DNA of 64,000 bases from Candidatus Poribacteria bacterium (GTDB taxonomy: Bacteria > Poribacteria > WGA-4E > WGA-3G). The first letter of the stretch is position 1. Each line of letters begins with the position of its first letter. The position numbers were made by a program, and so were the translations under genes. The DNA is taken from NCBI GenBank assembly GCA_022828145.1, contig JAJEJA010000061.1:66081-130080 (forward strand), given 5' to 3'. Below the pieces are notes generated by a model. The model saw only the letters and a program-made list of their open reading frames with translations. It was not told the origin of the DNA and searched no databases. This document shows positions 20,220 to 30,793 of this stretch, in pieces.

Positions 20220-20987
20220 CTATTTCTCAGCAGGTTCTTGGTATTGAGAGTTTATCAAGTCGAGTTGGGCTGGTGTGTATTCTGGCTCATCAGCATTGGA
20301 CGCTGTCCTAAGCATACGACCAGGTGAGGTCGCCCCATCCCTTTGTAGTGCAACGGCATCTTGAGCGGAGTCTTGGTATTGAGAGTTTATCAAGTCGAGT
20401 TGGGCTGGTGTGTATTCTGGTTCATCAGTATTGGACGCCGTCCTAAGTCCACGACCCAGTAAGCGTAAGTCTGTCATATTAGGTTTCTCCTCATTCTTCT
20501 CAATCAAGTTATCAATGAAATCCATCAATGGAACTAAGAAGTGGTTTTCATTCTCACCAACAAGATCAAGTAACTTGTCCAGTGAGGCAACAAGCCGCTG
20601 ATGATCATCCTCTGTCAATGAAGTTAAGAATTGTTCTTCGTTGACACTAACCAACGCGTCAACGGCCGCAACAAGCGATTGAGATGGGCTCTCCGCTGTT
20701 GCACCAGAGTCACTTGATGCTGCGAGTACCATCGCCAAAGAAAATTGATACATATCCCGCCATTGAGATCCTAAGATTCCCAGCGCAGCGAGTGACTGCA
20801 ACATTTTAGAACCTTCCAACATTGATGATGATCCAAATCTAACAGTCGCCTGTTTTTGCGCTCCAAATCCACTTAACCCGCCAGCATCTTCAAACGCGAG
20901 ACCTAATTCGGCAGAATTCAACCTTGCCGTGGCTATCGGTGTCGTTTGTCTTTCACGTGCCATATCTATTTCCTCAAATTTTCCCAA
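20220..20987 (-). CDS. Hypothetical acidic protein. It contains an in-frame tandem duplication (two copies of LRTASN.DEPEYTPAQLDLINSQYQ).
   Basis: Segments 20236-20312 and 20371-20447 are nearly identical at the DNA level. Confidence 0.5.
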   Translation of the reverse strand: MGKFEEIDMARERQTTPIATARLNSAELGLAFEDAGGLSGFGAQKQATVRFGSSSMLEGSKMLQSLAALGILGSQWRDMYQFSLAMVLAASSDSGATAESPSQSLVAAVDALVSVNEEQFLTSLTEDDHQRLVASLDKLLDLVGENENHFLVPLMDFIDNLIEKNEEKPNMTDLRLLGRGLRTASNTDEPEYTPAQLDLINSQYQDSAQDAVALQRDGATSPGRMLRTASNADEPEYTPAQLDLINSQYQEPAEK

Positions 20988-21252
20988 TTCTCTTTAACGT
21001 GTGTTTTAGTTCTACGGGTTTCATTAAACGTTTAAATTTCGTTTGTTTGAACAATATAACGGGAATCATCGTTCAGTATACCATGGAAAAATGTCGCTGT
21101 CAAGAAAAATCAAAAAATTGCAAGATTCACAATTAAACGATACCCTTAAACTGTTCAAACTATAGTAAACATTTAACCTATTTCATGGTATAATTGGAAA
21201 TACAAGATAAGAAAAAACTAAATAATCCTTCTCACTATAAGGCGTAAAACAC

Positions 21253-21528
21253 ATGAAAAAGAAATGTTTATGGGGACTTGGTATCCTTCTTGTATGTATT
21301 GTCCATACCTTTCTGTTTGTCACGGTCAACCAGAATGCAAAGAAGCTGCAACTTGAAACCGATTTAGTAGAATTACAGAAAATGTTAGAAAAACATCACA
21401 AAACAGTCAATACGTCTAAAACTATAGATGCTTCTAATATTAAGTCGCCTGATGAACAAAGGTTTACATGGGTTCGGCAGGGGAACCACTGGCACAAAGT
21501 TCCGGTTCCTAATCTCTCTGACCGTTGA
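21253..21528 (+). CDS. Small protein with an N-terminal TM/signal segment.
   Basis: ORF overlapping the next gene by 4 nt. Low information. Confidence 0.35.
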   Translation: MKKKCLWGLGILLVCIVHTFLFVTVNQNAKKLQLETDLVELQKMLEKHHKTVNTSKTIDASNIKSPDEQRFTWVRQGNHWHKVPVPNLSDR

Positions 21529-22931
21529 TTTGGAAATCCTACCTGCAACAAAGAACTACCAATATGTCTATCAATAAGTTGACATCCCTCAGCAATCAAG
21601 CCTCTGTAAAAAGAATTGCAATCTGGAGTCTATCAATACTACTCCTATTTCTCGGTTTTTATATTAACCTGTGGCGTGCTGCAGAACCGTCCTGGTTCGA
21701 AATGCATCAACGCGACACAGAAGCGTATATCATGGGGAGAATGGTCAAATCACGGCAAGATGGAATCTTCTCTGCAGGAGCACTGAATTGTGTTGGTAAA
21801 ATAAAGGATATACCGGAGCAGTGGGTATCTGCATCGGATGTTCAAAGACAATACATAGCCTATCAAAACAATCTTTCTTATGATGAATTTTCAACATACA
21901 AATCACAACCTGGTGGTCAGGGTATGGTATTCAGTCTATTTGACAGATTGCTGCCACTACCATCCAATGTCAAACTGCAGCTCTTCTATATATTGACAGC
22001 TTTACTTACAGCAATCGCCATAACCGCAGTCATATTATGGTTCTACCGAGAATTTGGCTTATGGGTTGCAGTATGTGTCTTGGTAACAACGTTATTCTCA
22101 GGGTGGTTAACAGTCTTTGGTAAAAACCTTTGGTGGAGTACCTGGGCATTTTACCTGCCTATGATTGCTGTTTTATATTACCTGAAACGTCAAAGAGAAG
22201 AAACAGACCGTCCATATATTAGGTTTGGTATACTTGTTTTCATCGTAATTTCCATTAAATGTTTCATCAACGGCTATGAATACATGACAACGACACTTGT
22301 CATGATGGTTGTTCCCTGTGTATATTATGCTATTCTTGAAAAATGGGGTAAACAGAGAATGCTAAAATTCACACTTGCTACTTGTATCGGATCGGGAGTT
22401 GCCATTTTATTAAGTCTCATCATCTTGTGTTTCCAGATCGGTGTTATAAGAACAGGATTTGTAGACGGTCTTACCCATGTCATCTACTCAATCGGTAAAC
22501 GAACTTATGGATCGGCAGAGGATTTTCCCCCTATCTATGCAGCAAGCCTTGACGCAGGCACAATTGAGGTCGTCCTAAAATACCTAAACGGTGTATATTT
22601 TGATCTGAATAACTACATAACTAAAGAAATTCCCTTTGTCTCCAAATGGATATTCAGAGTCCGTTATTCTTACCTAATAGTTTTCTTCATTGGTGTCACT
22701 GTTCTGTTGCTGCTACAGATCAAGCCAACATTAAGGTCAGAACATCGTCAGCACTACTTTGCCTTGATATGTACAACGTGGTTTTCAATCTTAGCACCGA
22801 TGTCTTGGTATGTTGTTTTCAAAGCACACTCATTTATACACACCCACATGAGTTTCCTATTGTGGCAAATGCCTTTTACCCTATTCGGTTTTGCTATGTG
22901 TGCTGCTGTATTTGGCAGGAAAAGCAGGTGA
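21525..22931 (+). CDS. Polytopic integral membrane protein of unknown function.
   Basis: Multiple hydrophobic helices. Confidence 0.55.
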   Translation: MIWKSYLQQRTTNMSINKLTSLSNQASVKRIAIWSLSILLLFLGFYINLWRAAEPSWFEMHQRDTEAYIMGRMVKSRQDGIFSAGALNCVGKIKDIPEQWVSASDVQRQYIAYQNNLSYDEFSTYKSQPGGQGMVFSLFDRLLPLPSNVKLQLFYILTALLTAIAITAVILWFYREFGLWVAVCVLVTTLFSGWLTVFGKNLWWSTWAFYLPMIAVLYYLKRQREETDRPYIRFGILVFIVISIKCFINGYEYMTTTLVMMVVPCVYYAILEKWGKQRMLKFTLATCIGSGVAILLSLIILCFQIGVIRTGFVDGLTHVIYSIGKRTYGSAEDFPPIYAASLDAGTIEVVLKYLNGVYFDLNNYITKEIPFVSKWIFRVRYSYLIVFFIGVTVLLLLQIKPTLRSEHRQHYFALICTTWFSILAPMSWYVVFKAHSFIHTHMSFLLWQMPFTLFGFAMCAAVFGRKSR

Positions 22932-22961
22932 GGTCATTACCTTGACATAAATAAGCAAACT

Positions 22962-23513
22962 GTGTTAGTATTTAACATGATGAGAGTCCCAATATGTCTT
23001 CTTCTCTGCTTATTTTCCATCGGAGTCTTCAGCCATGCAAAAGACGAACCCCCAAAGGTTGGAGATATTGCACCAGATTTTACACTGCAGGATGTTAAGG
23101 AGAAAGAGCATACACTAAAAAAACTACGCGGAAAAATCGTCTTTCTCATCATGGGAAACCGAAAGATACGAAAAGAAGATGACAAATGGGCAGAAGCATT
23201 TCAAAAAATGTATAAAACAGATAAAAGGATTGCAGTATACATTGTCGCTGATTTACGGAGTGTGCCAGGATTCATACCAAAACGATTTATCCGGTTCCAA
23301 CTCAAGAGAAATCCACCCCCCGCACCATTTCTACTTGATTGGAAAGGTAAGGTACATCAACGTTATCATACAGAGAAAAAGAAGCCTAATCTCTATTTGA
23401 TTTCCTCAAAAGGAGAGTTAATATATCATAAAAAGGCAAACTTCACACCAGAACTATTTACTGAGCTTAGGAATCTGGTTGGAGCGCGATTAGTCAATTT
23501 GCAAAAAAAATAG
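22962..23513 (+). CDS. Secreted thioredoxin-fold (TlpA/redoxin-like) protein that lacks a CxxC motif.
   Basis: Signal peptide. A VGDIAPDFTLQD motif typical of the AhpC/TSA/redoxin family is present. There are no cysteines in the mature part. Confidence 0.5.
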   Translation: MLVFNMMRVPICLLLCLFSIGVFSHAKDEPPKVGDIAPDFTLQDVKEKEHTLKKLRGKIVFLIMGNRKIRKEDDKWAEAFQKMYKTDKRIAVYIVADLRSVPGFIPKRFIRFQLKRNPPPAPFLLDWKGKVHQRYHTEKKKPNLYLISSKGELIYHKKANFTPELFTELRNLVGARLVNLQKK

Positions 23514-23538
23514 AGGACACATTTCGAGAAACTAACAA

Positions 23539-24411
23539 ATGACAAAGGGAAAACAGATGCTTACAGATACAGCAATAAAAAAATTCTTAACCTTCCCCGT
23601 ATTTCTTATCAGCAGCGGTTCATTTGTCGGTCTCATCGGATGGTGGGGTTTAGCACAGACAGCAAGTGGTATCATATTTTTTATCGGTTCAATGCTATTG
23701 TCCCTTTCTGGATCAATTACGACTTTGTGGGGACTCCTGAGCCTGGAACGGACTGAACCGAGTCCATTCAAAATAAGGAAACTAAAAGAAAAGATATTAA
23801 AAGACCTAAAAATAGCGTATCCATCCTACATATTAAGAGTTGAGAACCTGACACAAAAACAAACTGAGTTAAGCAATAAGTTTCCTTTCTACCGTTCATT
23901 CTATGAGAACTTCAGAGACAACAGAAGACAGTTGCGGACTGAGTTAAAAAACTTGGAAAAACAGCTGGAGAATAGACTTAGACAGAATGTTGCTAATATT
24001 GATCACGATAGCGCGGAAGGGATCGCTGAAAAGATTCTCTGGTCTGAAAAACAGATATATCTCACACAACTCAATGAGACTTTAGAAACACTAACAGACC
24101 TATTTACATCATCTGATGTTGAACAGTATCGGCATGAATTGGCACGTTTAAAAGGAAAGATTACCCAGTTGGAACACGGAACTGACATGTATCGCGAACT
24201 GATGATACTCTGCAATAAGGATGATGCCGAATATGATAATATCCAACAAATCAAACAGAAAGTTGATGACCTAAGCGATTTAATGTCACATCAAGAACCC
24301 AAATTGCAGGAATTAGAAGCCTGGATTAAAACCAAGTATGAAGAATCTAAAAAGGAACTTTCGCAATTTCGTAAGCAAATAACAGAATTTGAACAGAGAG
24401 GAACGGTATGA
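23539..24411 (+). CDS. Membrane protein with a long coiled-coil C-terminal region.
   Basis: Two N-terminal TM helices followed by heptad-rich sequence. Confidence 0.5.
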   Translation: MTKGKQMLTDTAIKKFLTFPVFLISSGSFVGLIGWWGLAQTASGIIFFIGSMLLSLSGSITTLWGLLSLERTEPSPFKIRKLKEKILKDLKIAYPSYILRVENLTQKQTELSNKFPFYRSFYENFRDNRRQLRTELKNLEKQLENRLRQNVANIDHDSAEGIAEKILWSEKQIYLTQLNETLETLTDLFTSSDVEQYRHELARLKGKITQLEHGTDMYRELMILCNKDDAEYDNIQQIKQKVDDLSDLMSHQEPKLQELEAWIKTKYEESKKELSQFRKQITEFEQRGTV

Positions 24412-25379
24412 AATATCTTGTTACGGGTTGTGCAGGTTTTATCGGTTGGAAGGTAACTGAACTACTGCTTGCTGATGGTCATACTGTAGTCGGCGTTGAC
24501 AATTTAAATGATGCTTATGATGTGAGAATGAAGAAATGGAGACTCTCACAACTTCAGACATCCTCTAATTTTCAATACAACTGCATAGATATATGTGATC
24601 GCGCTGCATTGGAGTCAGTCTATGACGAAAAACTTGATGGAGTGATAAACCTTGCTGCACACGCTGGGGTCAGAAAGTCTGTAGAGAACCCCTGGGAATT
24701 TGTGGATGTTAACATCACTGGAACGCTGAACCTATTGGATCACTGTCAGAAGTATAAAATAAAGAAGTTCATACTCGCCTCCACCTCCAGTCTATACGGA
24801 GCTAGTAATGCACTACCATTTAGCGAAGATGCCAATACGGACGGTCCCCTTTCTCCTTATGCCGCTTCAAAAAAAGGGGCTGAAGCGATCTGCTTTAGTT
24901 ATCATCACTTGTTCCAAATTGACATAACAGTTTTTCGTTTCTTTACTGTATACGGACCTGCTGGACGCCCAGATATGGCAGCATTCAGATTTGTTCAATG
25001 GATTAGCGAAGAAAAACCTGTTACCGTTTACGGCGATGGTAAGCAATCCTCGCGTGACTATACATATCTTGATGATATTGCGAAAGGCGTTATCGCAGGA
25101 TTAAAACCCCTTGGGTACGCAGTCATCAACCTCGGTTCTGATAGTCCAATTGTCTTAATAGATACGATAAGGATAATCGAGGAACTTATCGGAAAAAAGG
25201 CGATACTCTCACATCAGCCAGTACATCCTGCCGACCCAGACGCCACTTGGGCAAACATACAGCAAGCGCAACACCTCTTAGGATGGAGACCACAAGTCTC
25301 TTTCCGTGAAGGCATTGAATCAGTCGTTGATTGGTACAATGAGAATCGGGAGTGGGCAAAAGACATCTCAACAGGATGA
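24408..25379 (+). CDS. NAD-dependent epimerase/dehydratase (UDP-glucuronate 4-epimerase-like extended SDR).
   Basis: GCAGFIGW Rossmann motif and YAASKKGAE catalytic motif. Confidence 0.85.
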   Translation: MKYLVTGCAGFIGWKVTELLLADGHTVVGVDNLNDAYDVRMKKWRLSQLQTSSNFQYNCIDICDRAALESVYDEKLDGVINLAAHAGVRKSVENPWEFVDVNITGTLNLLDHCQKYKIKKFILASTSSLYGASNALPFSEDANTDGPLSPYAASKKGAEAICFSYHHLFQIDITVFRFFTVYGPAGRPDMAAFRFVQWISEEKPVTVYGDGKQSSRDYTYLDDIAKGVIAGLKPLGYAVINLGSDSPIVLIDTIRIIEELIGKKAILSHQPVHPADPDATWANIQQAQHLLGWRPQVSFREGIESVVDWYNENREWAKDISTG

Positions 25380-25403
25380 ACAACCGCGATATTGTAACTA
25401 AAA

Positions 25404-25658
25404 TTATCTCAAAGTCTCCCAAGCAATATTCAACATTTTGTTTGCGTAATCCTGTCCAGCTGTTGGTAGAGGTAATGATTTACCTTCGTGTTTGTATTGA
25501 TCAATTATTTCCTCAACGATGCCACACAATTCTGAAAATACTTCTTGTTCGTCATCACCGTGACATCCCCCATAAAATAGACCTGGGCAACTACCAACGT
25601 AACATTGGTCTTTATCAGACCATTCAACTATTTTTACATAACGGGTACTTACTTTCAT
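25404..25658 (-). CDS. hicB: HicB-family antitoxin.
   Basis: HicB-like N-terminal fold (VEWSDKDQCYVGSCPGLF.GGCHGDDEQE). The hicA gene lies directly upstream, and the two overlap by 4 nt. Confidence 0.7.
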   Translation of the reverse strand: MKVSTRYVKIVEWSDKDQCYVGSCPGLFYGGCHGDDEQEVFSELCGIVEEIIDQYKHEGKSLPLPTAGQDYANKMLNIAWETLR

Positions 25659-25852
25659 CTTTTTACTTCCTCAATAGCTGCCTTGACAGCCTTTTCTTGA
25701 TAATGTTTAGCATCCGATCCGAGTTTACCAGATAGGATTACGAATTTAGACACCCTTGCATGAGTAAATTTCTTGTGGCTACCTTTACCACCGCGGTTTA
25801 CAAATCCTGCGGCTTCAAGTTCTTTGACGAGTTCTCTAATTTTACGAGGCAT
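25655..25852 (-). CDS. hicA: HicA-family mRNA interferase toxin.
   Basis: The motif GFVNRGGKGSHKKFTH matches the HicA signature (G...RGSH..F.H). It is 65 aa long. Confidence 0.75.
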   Translation of the reverse strand: MPRKIRELVKELEAAGFVNRGGKGSHKKFTHARVSKFVILSGKLGSDAKHYQEKAVKAAIEEVKR

Positions 25853-26113
25853 ATATCAAATAGTTTGTATTCTGAGTTTGTCAAGTTATATTTTACGGAA
25901 TTAGTCGTTTTGGACTTAAAAAAAGTTATTAAAGAGTCCTAAACCTTTGTATAGACTGGGTTTATACGGTATGGTATAAATAAGAAATTAGGGGCTTCAT
26001 CTCCTAATTGAACCCAAAAAGGCGAATTGCTTTTTCCAATGTTCCATCCTATTTGATAGTGTACCAGAATTCATCAGATAAAGCAATCCATTACTGAGTA
26101 TCCTGCTAAGATT

Positions 26114-26677
26114 CTATGCCGCTGTTAGTATTTCAACTGCCTTCACAAGCGCGGTTTCCTCAACCTTTAGTCTTGCGTTTTCCACTTCCCGTTTCACATA
26201 AGTGATAGTATTTTCTAAGTTCATTGGGGTAGCAATCTCATCTACAATTTTTTGCAGACGTTTGATGTCTGTTTTCTTGATCCCTGTCTGTTCCTCTACA
26301 CGTGAATGTAATTCTGCAGCGGTTTCAGGTTCACTGACTTTTTCCTTCGGTTTTGCTGTAGTTGACTTGGTGCTTGTCGTACGTGGTTTAGTCGTGCGTG
26401 TCCGTTTCCGTGGTGTGCTTTTCTGTATTTTCCCTGCGTCCAACGCTTTCATACCACATGCCTGACACAATTTCGCGGTTACTTCACCCATTGTCATCGT
26501 AACAATTACTTCACTGATTGCCCCACACAGTTCACATTCAGTAAGACTTTCAATGCTGGAAAGGATCTCAGCATGTAGCACATACATCTTATCCTTATCA
26601 GTCTTTGTTGGTTTCTCTTTCTGACACAACGCGATGAGTTTTTGCGCTGATTTTTCTATTTGGCTCAATCTTCCCAT
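26114..26677 (-). CDS. Hypothetical protein with a CxxC...CxxC zinc-ribbon and a basic central region.
   Basis: ECELCGA...CQACG motif. No family assignment. Confidence 0.45.
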   Translation of the reverse strand: MGRLSQIEKSAQKLIALCQKEKPTKTDKDKMYVLHAEILSSIESLTECELCGAISEVIVTMTMGEVTAKLCQACGMKALDAGKIQKSTPRKRTRTTKPRTTSTKSTTAKPKEKVSEPETAAELHSRVEEQTGIKKTDIKRLQKIVDEIATPMNLENTITYVKREVENARLKVEETALVKAVEILTAA

Positions 26678-26803
26678 AATTTACCTCCAAGATATGTTAT
26701 AATTAGTATAACATATATGGAAGTTAATGTCAAAAGAAAACAGTGGTGATCAGATGTATTTCGTTTTAGGTTTCGTAGGGGTGGCAAATTGAGTTGAATT
26801 AAC

Positions 26804-28369
26804 TCAGAAATCTTGATCAATAAGGAGTTTATACTCAAAACTCTCAATCAATGCTTCGTAACTTGCGGAGATTATATTCTCTGAGACGCCAACGGTTCGC
26901 CAACTCTCTCTACCATCACCCGCTTCAATTAGCACTCGAACTTTGGACCCTGTGCCAGCTTTTGTGTCCAACACGCGAACTTTATAGTCTATTAGTCTCA
27001 CTGTCTTAAGTTCAGGATAAAACTGTTCAAGTGCCTTACGTAATGCGGTGTCTAATGCATTCACAGGACCGTCTCCATCCGCTGCAGTGTGAATAGTATT
27101 CCCATCAGGCGTTGTAACTTTTACAGTCGCTTCAGAGCGCATCGTGTGGTCGCTGAATTTTTCTATGATCACACGGAATCCTAACTGCTCAAAAAATGAC
27201 TCATATCCGTTGAAAACTTTCCGCGTTAAGAGTCTAAAGGAGGCTTCAGCTGCTTCATATTGATACCCTTCGTTTTCCGCTTCTTTGAGACGTTGGAAGA
27301 GGTCTAACACCTGCGGAGAGTTCTTGTCGTAATTCGGGTATTCTTTTTCAATCTTCTTCATGATCGTGCCCCGACCTGCTTGGTCAGAGACCAGAATACG
27401 TTGTGAATTCCCCACTTTTTCAGGTACGATATGTTCATAAGTAAGCCGATTCTTGCGAATGGCATCCGTGTGTAGACCCCCCTTGTGTGCAAAAGCCGAA
27501 CGTCCCACATAAGGTTGCCGTTCATCATGTGGAAGATTTGCCAGTTCACTAATTAATCGGGAGACGCTCGTTAACAACTGTAACTGTGTCTCGCTGAGAC
27601 ACTCAATCCCTAATTTCAACTGAATTGTTGGGATGATGGAAGCAAGATTTGCGTTGCCACACCGTTCCCCATATCCGTTGAATGTGCCTTGAATATGATT
27701 TGCACCAGCTTGCACCGCTAAGACAGAGTTTGCCGCCCCCATTCCAGCGTCATTGTGTGCATGTATGCCAACAGGCAATAACAGTTCTGACATAACCACT
27801 TTTACGCCTTCCTGAATTTCTGTAGGCAATCTTCCACCGTTTGTATCACAGAGGACGAGACATTTTGCGCCACCGTCGGCAGCGGCGTGTAATGTCTTGA
27901 TTGCATAATCAGGGTCGTCGGCGTATCCATCAAAAAAGTGTTCAGCATCATAGATGACTTCTCGTCCATTATCAGCGAGATAACGCACTGAACTCTCAAT
28001 TAGTTCTAAATTCTCATCAGCGGTTACACGGAGGACATCTGTCGCGTGAAGTTTCCAACTCTTACCAAAAATCGTAACGGTTCTTGCACCTGTATCAAGG
28101 AGAGCAGAAAGATTAGGATCAGCATCAGGAGAAAAGGTGGGATATCGGGTGCTACCAAAGGGCACAACGGTTGCTGTTTCCAGAACCATATTTTTTGCTC
28201 GTTTGAAGAACTCTATATCTTTCGGATTAGAACCTGGGTAACCACCTTCAATATAGCGGATACCTAATCTATCTAATTCCTCGATGATGATGAGTTTGTC
28301 TTCAACCGAAAATGTTACGCCTTCCGCTTGGCTTCCGTCACGGAGCGTTGTATCGTAAAATTCAACCAT
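26804..28369 (-). CDS. cimA: (R)-citramalate synthase (LeuA/CimA family).
   Basis: N-terminal motif FYDTTLRDGSQAEGV. Length 521 aa. CimA-type C-terminal regulatory domain. Confidence 0.8.
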   Translation of the reverse strand: MVEFYDTTLRDGSQAEGVTFSVEDKLIIIEELDRLGIRYIEGGYPGSNPKDIEFFKRAKNMVLETATVVPFGSTRYPTFSPDADPNLSALLDTGARTVTIFGKSWKLHATDVLRVTADENLELIESSVRYLADNGREVIYDAEHFFDGYADDPDYAIKTLHAAADGGAKCLVLCDTNGGRLPTEIQEGVKVVMSELLLPVGIHAHNDAGMGAANSVLAVQAGANHIQGTFNGYGERCGNANLASIIPTIQLKLGIECLSETQLQLLTSVSRLISELANLPHDERQPYVGRSAFAHKGGLHTDAIRKNRLTYEHIVPEKVGNSQRILVSDQAGRGTIMKKIEKEYPNYDKNSPQVLDLFQRLKEAENEGYQYEAAEASFRLLTRKVFNGYESFFEQLGFRVIIEKFSDHTMRSEATVKVTTPDGNTIHTAADGDGPVNALDTALRKALEQFYPELKTVRLIDYKVRVLDTKAGTGSKVRVLIEAGDGRESWRTVGVSENIISASYEALIESFEYKLLIDQDF

Positions 28370-28551
28370 ATTTCTACCATAGTATATGTGCCATAGTTTA
28401 TGTGAAAGATCACTCGTTAGATATACCCTCTAATTCTATCACATTTTATCTTAAAAGTCAATTATAATGATTTTCAAAACAGCGTCTTATTTGGATGATT
28501 ACACAAATACTTCTTCTTTCATATAAAGAGAAATTATGCTATTATTTACTT

Positions 28552-29826
28552 ATGAAAACATGTCGTCTTATTCTATTTCATTTTATTATTTTACTAACAG
28601 GTTGCGGTGTCTTCAGTACTAAACCTGTTACACCACCTACAATCCAAGTTGACCAACTTGACAGACTGAATGCCGATATTGATAAGATATTACAAAACCC
28701 AATATTCACAACAGCGAGTATTGGTATAAAAGTAGTTTCGGTTGAATCTGGTGATGTTCTTTATGCTAAGAACGCTCAAAAACTACATCATCCTGCCTCA
28801 ACGACTAAGTTATTTACGGCTGCAACTGCTTTAGCGAAATTGGGACCAAATTATAGGTTTATCACCTCTTTGTCCGCCGACACAGGCACAGATGCACAGA
28901 TAATAGACAATATTTATCTAACAGGTAAAGGTGACCCAGTATTGCAAACAGAAGATTTAGAAAAACTCTGTGATTCCTTAGTTCAGATCGGTGTTAAGAC
29001 AATTAGAGGGGATATTGTTGTAGACGAAACCTTCTTTGATTCAGTAAGAGAGGGGCCCGGGTGGATGTGGGATGACAGACCGTTTCATATAAGTGCATTA
29101 AGTATACGATACCTTGTACCTGACAAACATGCAGAGAATAGAGCGATTGCTTGTGGACACTTTCTGAAAGACAAACTGACACAAGAAGGTATTTCTGTTA
29201 AGGGTAATGTCGTATCAGGTAAAGTGCCTACTGACGCGGAAAGTGTGGCTGAACATCTCTCTCCACCACTATCGCAGCTAGTTAAAACGATGAACAAACC
29301 GAGTGATAATTGGATCGCTGAGATGCTATTCAAGACAATCGGTGCTGAAGTGAAAGGTGAACCAGGTACCTGGCAGAAAGGAAGGGAAGCGATCAGTGAA
29401 TTCTTAGACGAAATAACAGACGGACAGAATACATATAGATTCGTTGATGGATCAGGTCTATCTCGATACAATTTGCTCAACACAGAACTCTTGACAAAAC
29501 TACTTGTCTATATGTATAACAATTTTGAGTTGATGCCAGAATTCACCGCTTCTTTACCAATTGCTGGCGTTGATGGCACCTTACGCAATCGGATGCAAGG
29601 TTTATATGCAGAGAAGGTATTACGCGCAAAAACAGGGACCCTCAGCGGCGTATCTGCCCTGGCAGGATACACCCGGACTGCAGATGGTAAAGTCTTAGCC
29701 TTCGGTATACTGATCAGTCATTACGTAGGGTCTTCAGCAACAGCGCGCGGGATTCAAGATAGTATTGGAGATATTCTGACAAAGTTTAGATTAGAATCAT
29801 ATACCGAACAACCCCTTGCATTTTAA
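28552..29826 (+). CDS. dacB: D-alanyl-D-alanine carboxypeptidase/endopeptidase (PBP4, peptidase S13).
   Basis: Lipoprotein-type signal peptide (LLTGC). STTK, SDN and KTG motifs are present. Confidence 0.8.
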   Translation: MKTCRLILFHFIILLTGCGVFSTKPVTPPTIQVDQLDRLNADIDKILQNPIFTTASIGIKVVSVESGDVLYAKNAQKLHHPASTTKLFTAATALAKLGPNYRFITSLSADTGTDAQIIDNIYLTGKGDPVLQTEDLEKLCDSLVQIGVKTIRGDIVVDETFFDSVREGPGWMWDDRPFHISALSIRYLVPDKHAENRAIACGHFLKDKLTQEGISVKGNVVSGKVPTDAESVAEHLSPPLSQLVKTMNKPSDNWIAEMLFKTIGAEVKGEPGTWQKGREAISEFLDEITDGQNTYRFVDGSGLSRYNLLNTELLTKLLVYMYNNFELMPEFTASLPIAGVDGTLRNRMQGLYAEKVLRAKTGTLSGVSALAGYTRTADGKVLAFGILISHYVGSSATARGIQDSIGDILTKFRLESYTEQPLAF

Positions 29827-29887
29827 ACCTAATTGTGATACCCTGTTTTTTAACATGGCAGATCATACCAAAGGAGACAGATTATTT

Positions 29888-30766
29888 ATGTTTAAAGTCG
29901 GAGTAATAGGTGACGAAGTATCTCAAGACTTCGCAACAGTCGTTAATTTTGTAAAAGAACACAATCTGGATTCAATAGAAATTCGTTCTGTATGGGACAA
30001 ACAACCCCACCAACTCACGGATCAAGATATAGATGAAATGAAACGTCTGCTGGACGGTTCAGATATTGAAATTATCGGTGTCGCTTCACCCTTTTTCAAA
30101 TGTGATATGGATAATGCGGATGAACGCGAAGAACATCTTGATATTCTGAAAGGATGTATCCGAGCTGCAAAAGCGTTCGACACAAATCTTATCCGTACAT
30201 TTGTGTTTTGGGACACCGGAAAAACGGAAGAAAGGTGGGACGAAATCATAGCATCTTATGATGAACCCCAGAAAATAATTGACGGGGAAGGTATTATACT
30301 TGGGATGGAGAATGAATCCACAACTTCGCTGAGTACAGCGCAACTAACAGCAAAATTCATAGAAGAAATAGACTCGCCAAATATTCGCGGAATCTGGGAT
30401 CCAGCAAACGAGGCACATGCAACACATGGTGTCACACCTTTCCCTGATGCATACAACCAGATGAAACCAACAATGATTCATGCACATTTGAAGGATGCCG
30501 CACCCAATGCAGATACAGATGAGATGGAATCTGTGCCTGTCGGAGATGGTATAATTGACTGGCAAGGTCAGCTGCAAGCTTTTGTTGATGATGGATATGA
30601 AGGACATCTCTGTCTTGAAACACACTGGAGACCTACCCTTAAAATTGACGATGACCTCTTAAATAGACCCGGCGGACAAGCATTCTCAGAAGCAGGTGAA
30701 GAAGCATCTCGCATCTGCATTGAGAATCTCAAAGCTATGATCAGTAGATTAGAAGATCAGAATTGA
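29888..30766 (+). CDS. Sugar-phosphate isomerase/epimerase (xylose-isomerase-like TIM barrel).
   Basis: AGGAG-ATG start at 29888. TIM-barrel family motifs are present (GMENE, ETHW). Confidence 0.65.
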   Translation: MFKVGVIGDEVSQDFATVVNFVKEHNLDSIEIRSVWDKQPHQLTDQDIDEMKRLLDGSDIEIIGVASPFFKCDMDNADEREEHLDILKGCIRAAKAFDTNLIRTFVFWDTGKTEERWDEIIASYDEPQKIIDGEGIILGMENESTTSLSTAQLTAKFIEEIDSPNIRGIWDPANEAHATHGVTPFPDAYNQMKPTMIHAHLKDAAPNADTDEMESVPVGDGIIDWQGQLQAFVDDGYEGHLCLETHWRPTLKIDDDLLNRPGGQAFSEAGEEASRICIENLKAMISRLEDQN

Positions 30767-30793
30767 GACGATTGAAAGGTATGCAGAACAGTA

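Noticed and set aside
25860-26110. A 250-bp gap after hicA, with the small hairpin AATTAGGGGCTTCATCTCCTAATT, considered as an sRNA or terminator.
   Set aside because: There is a single hairpin without a U-tract, and no conserved repeat elsewhere in the window. Sequence alone cannot establish anything.
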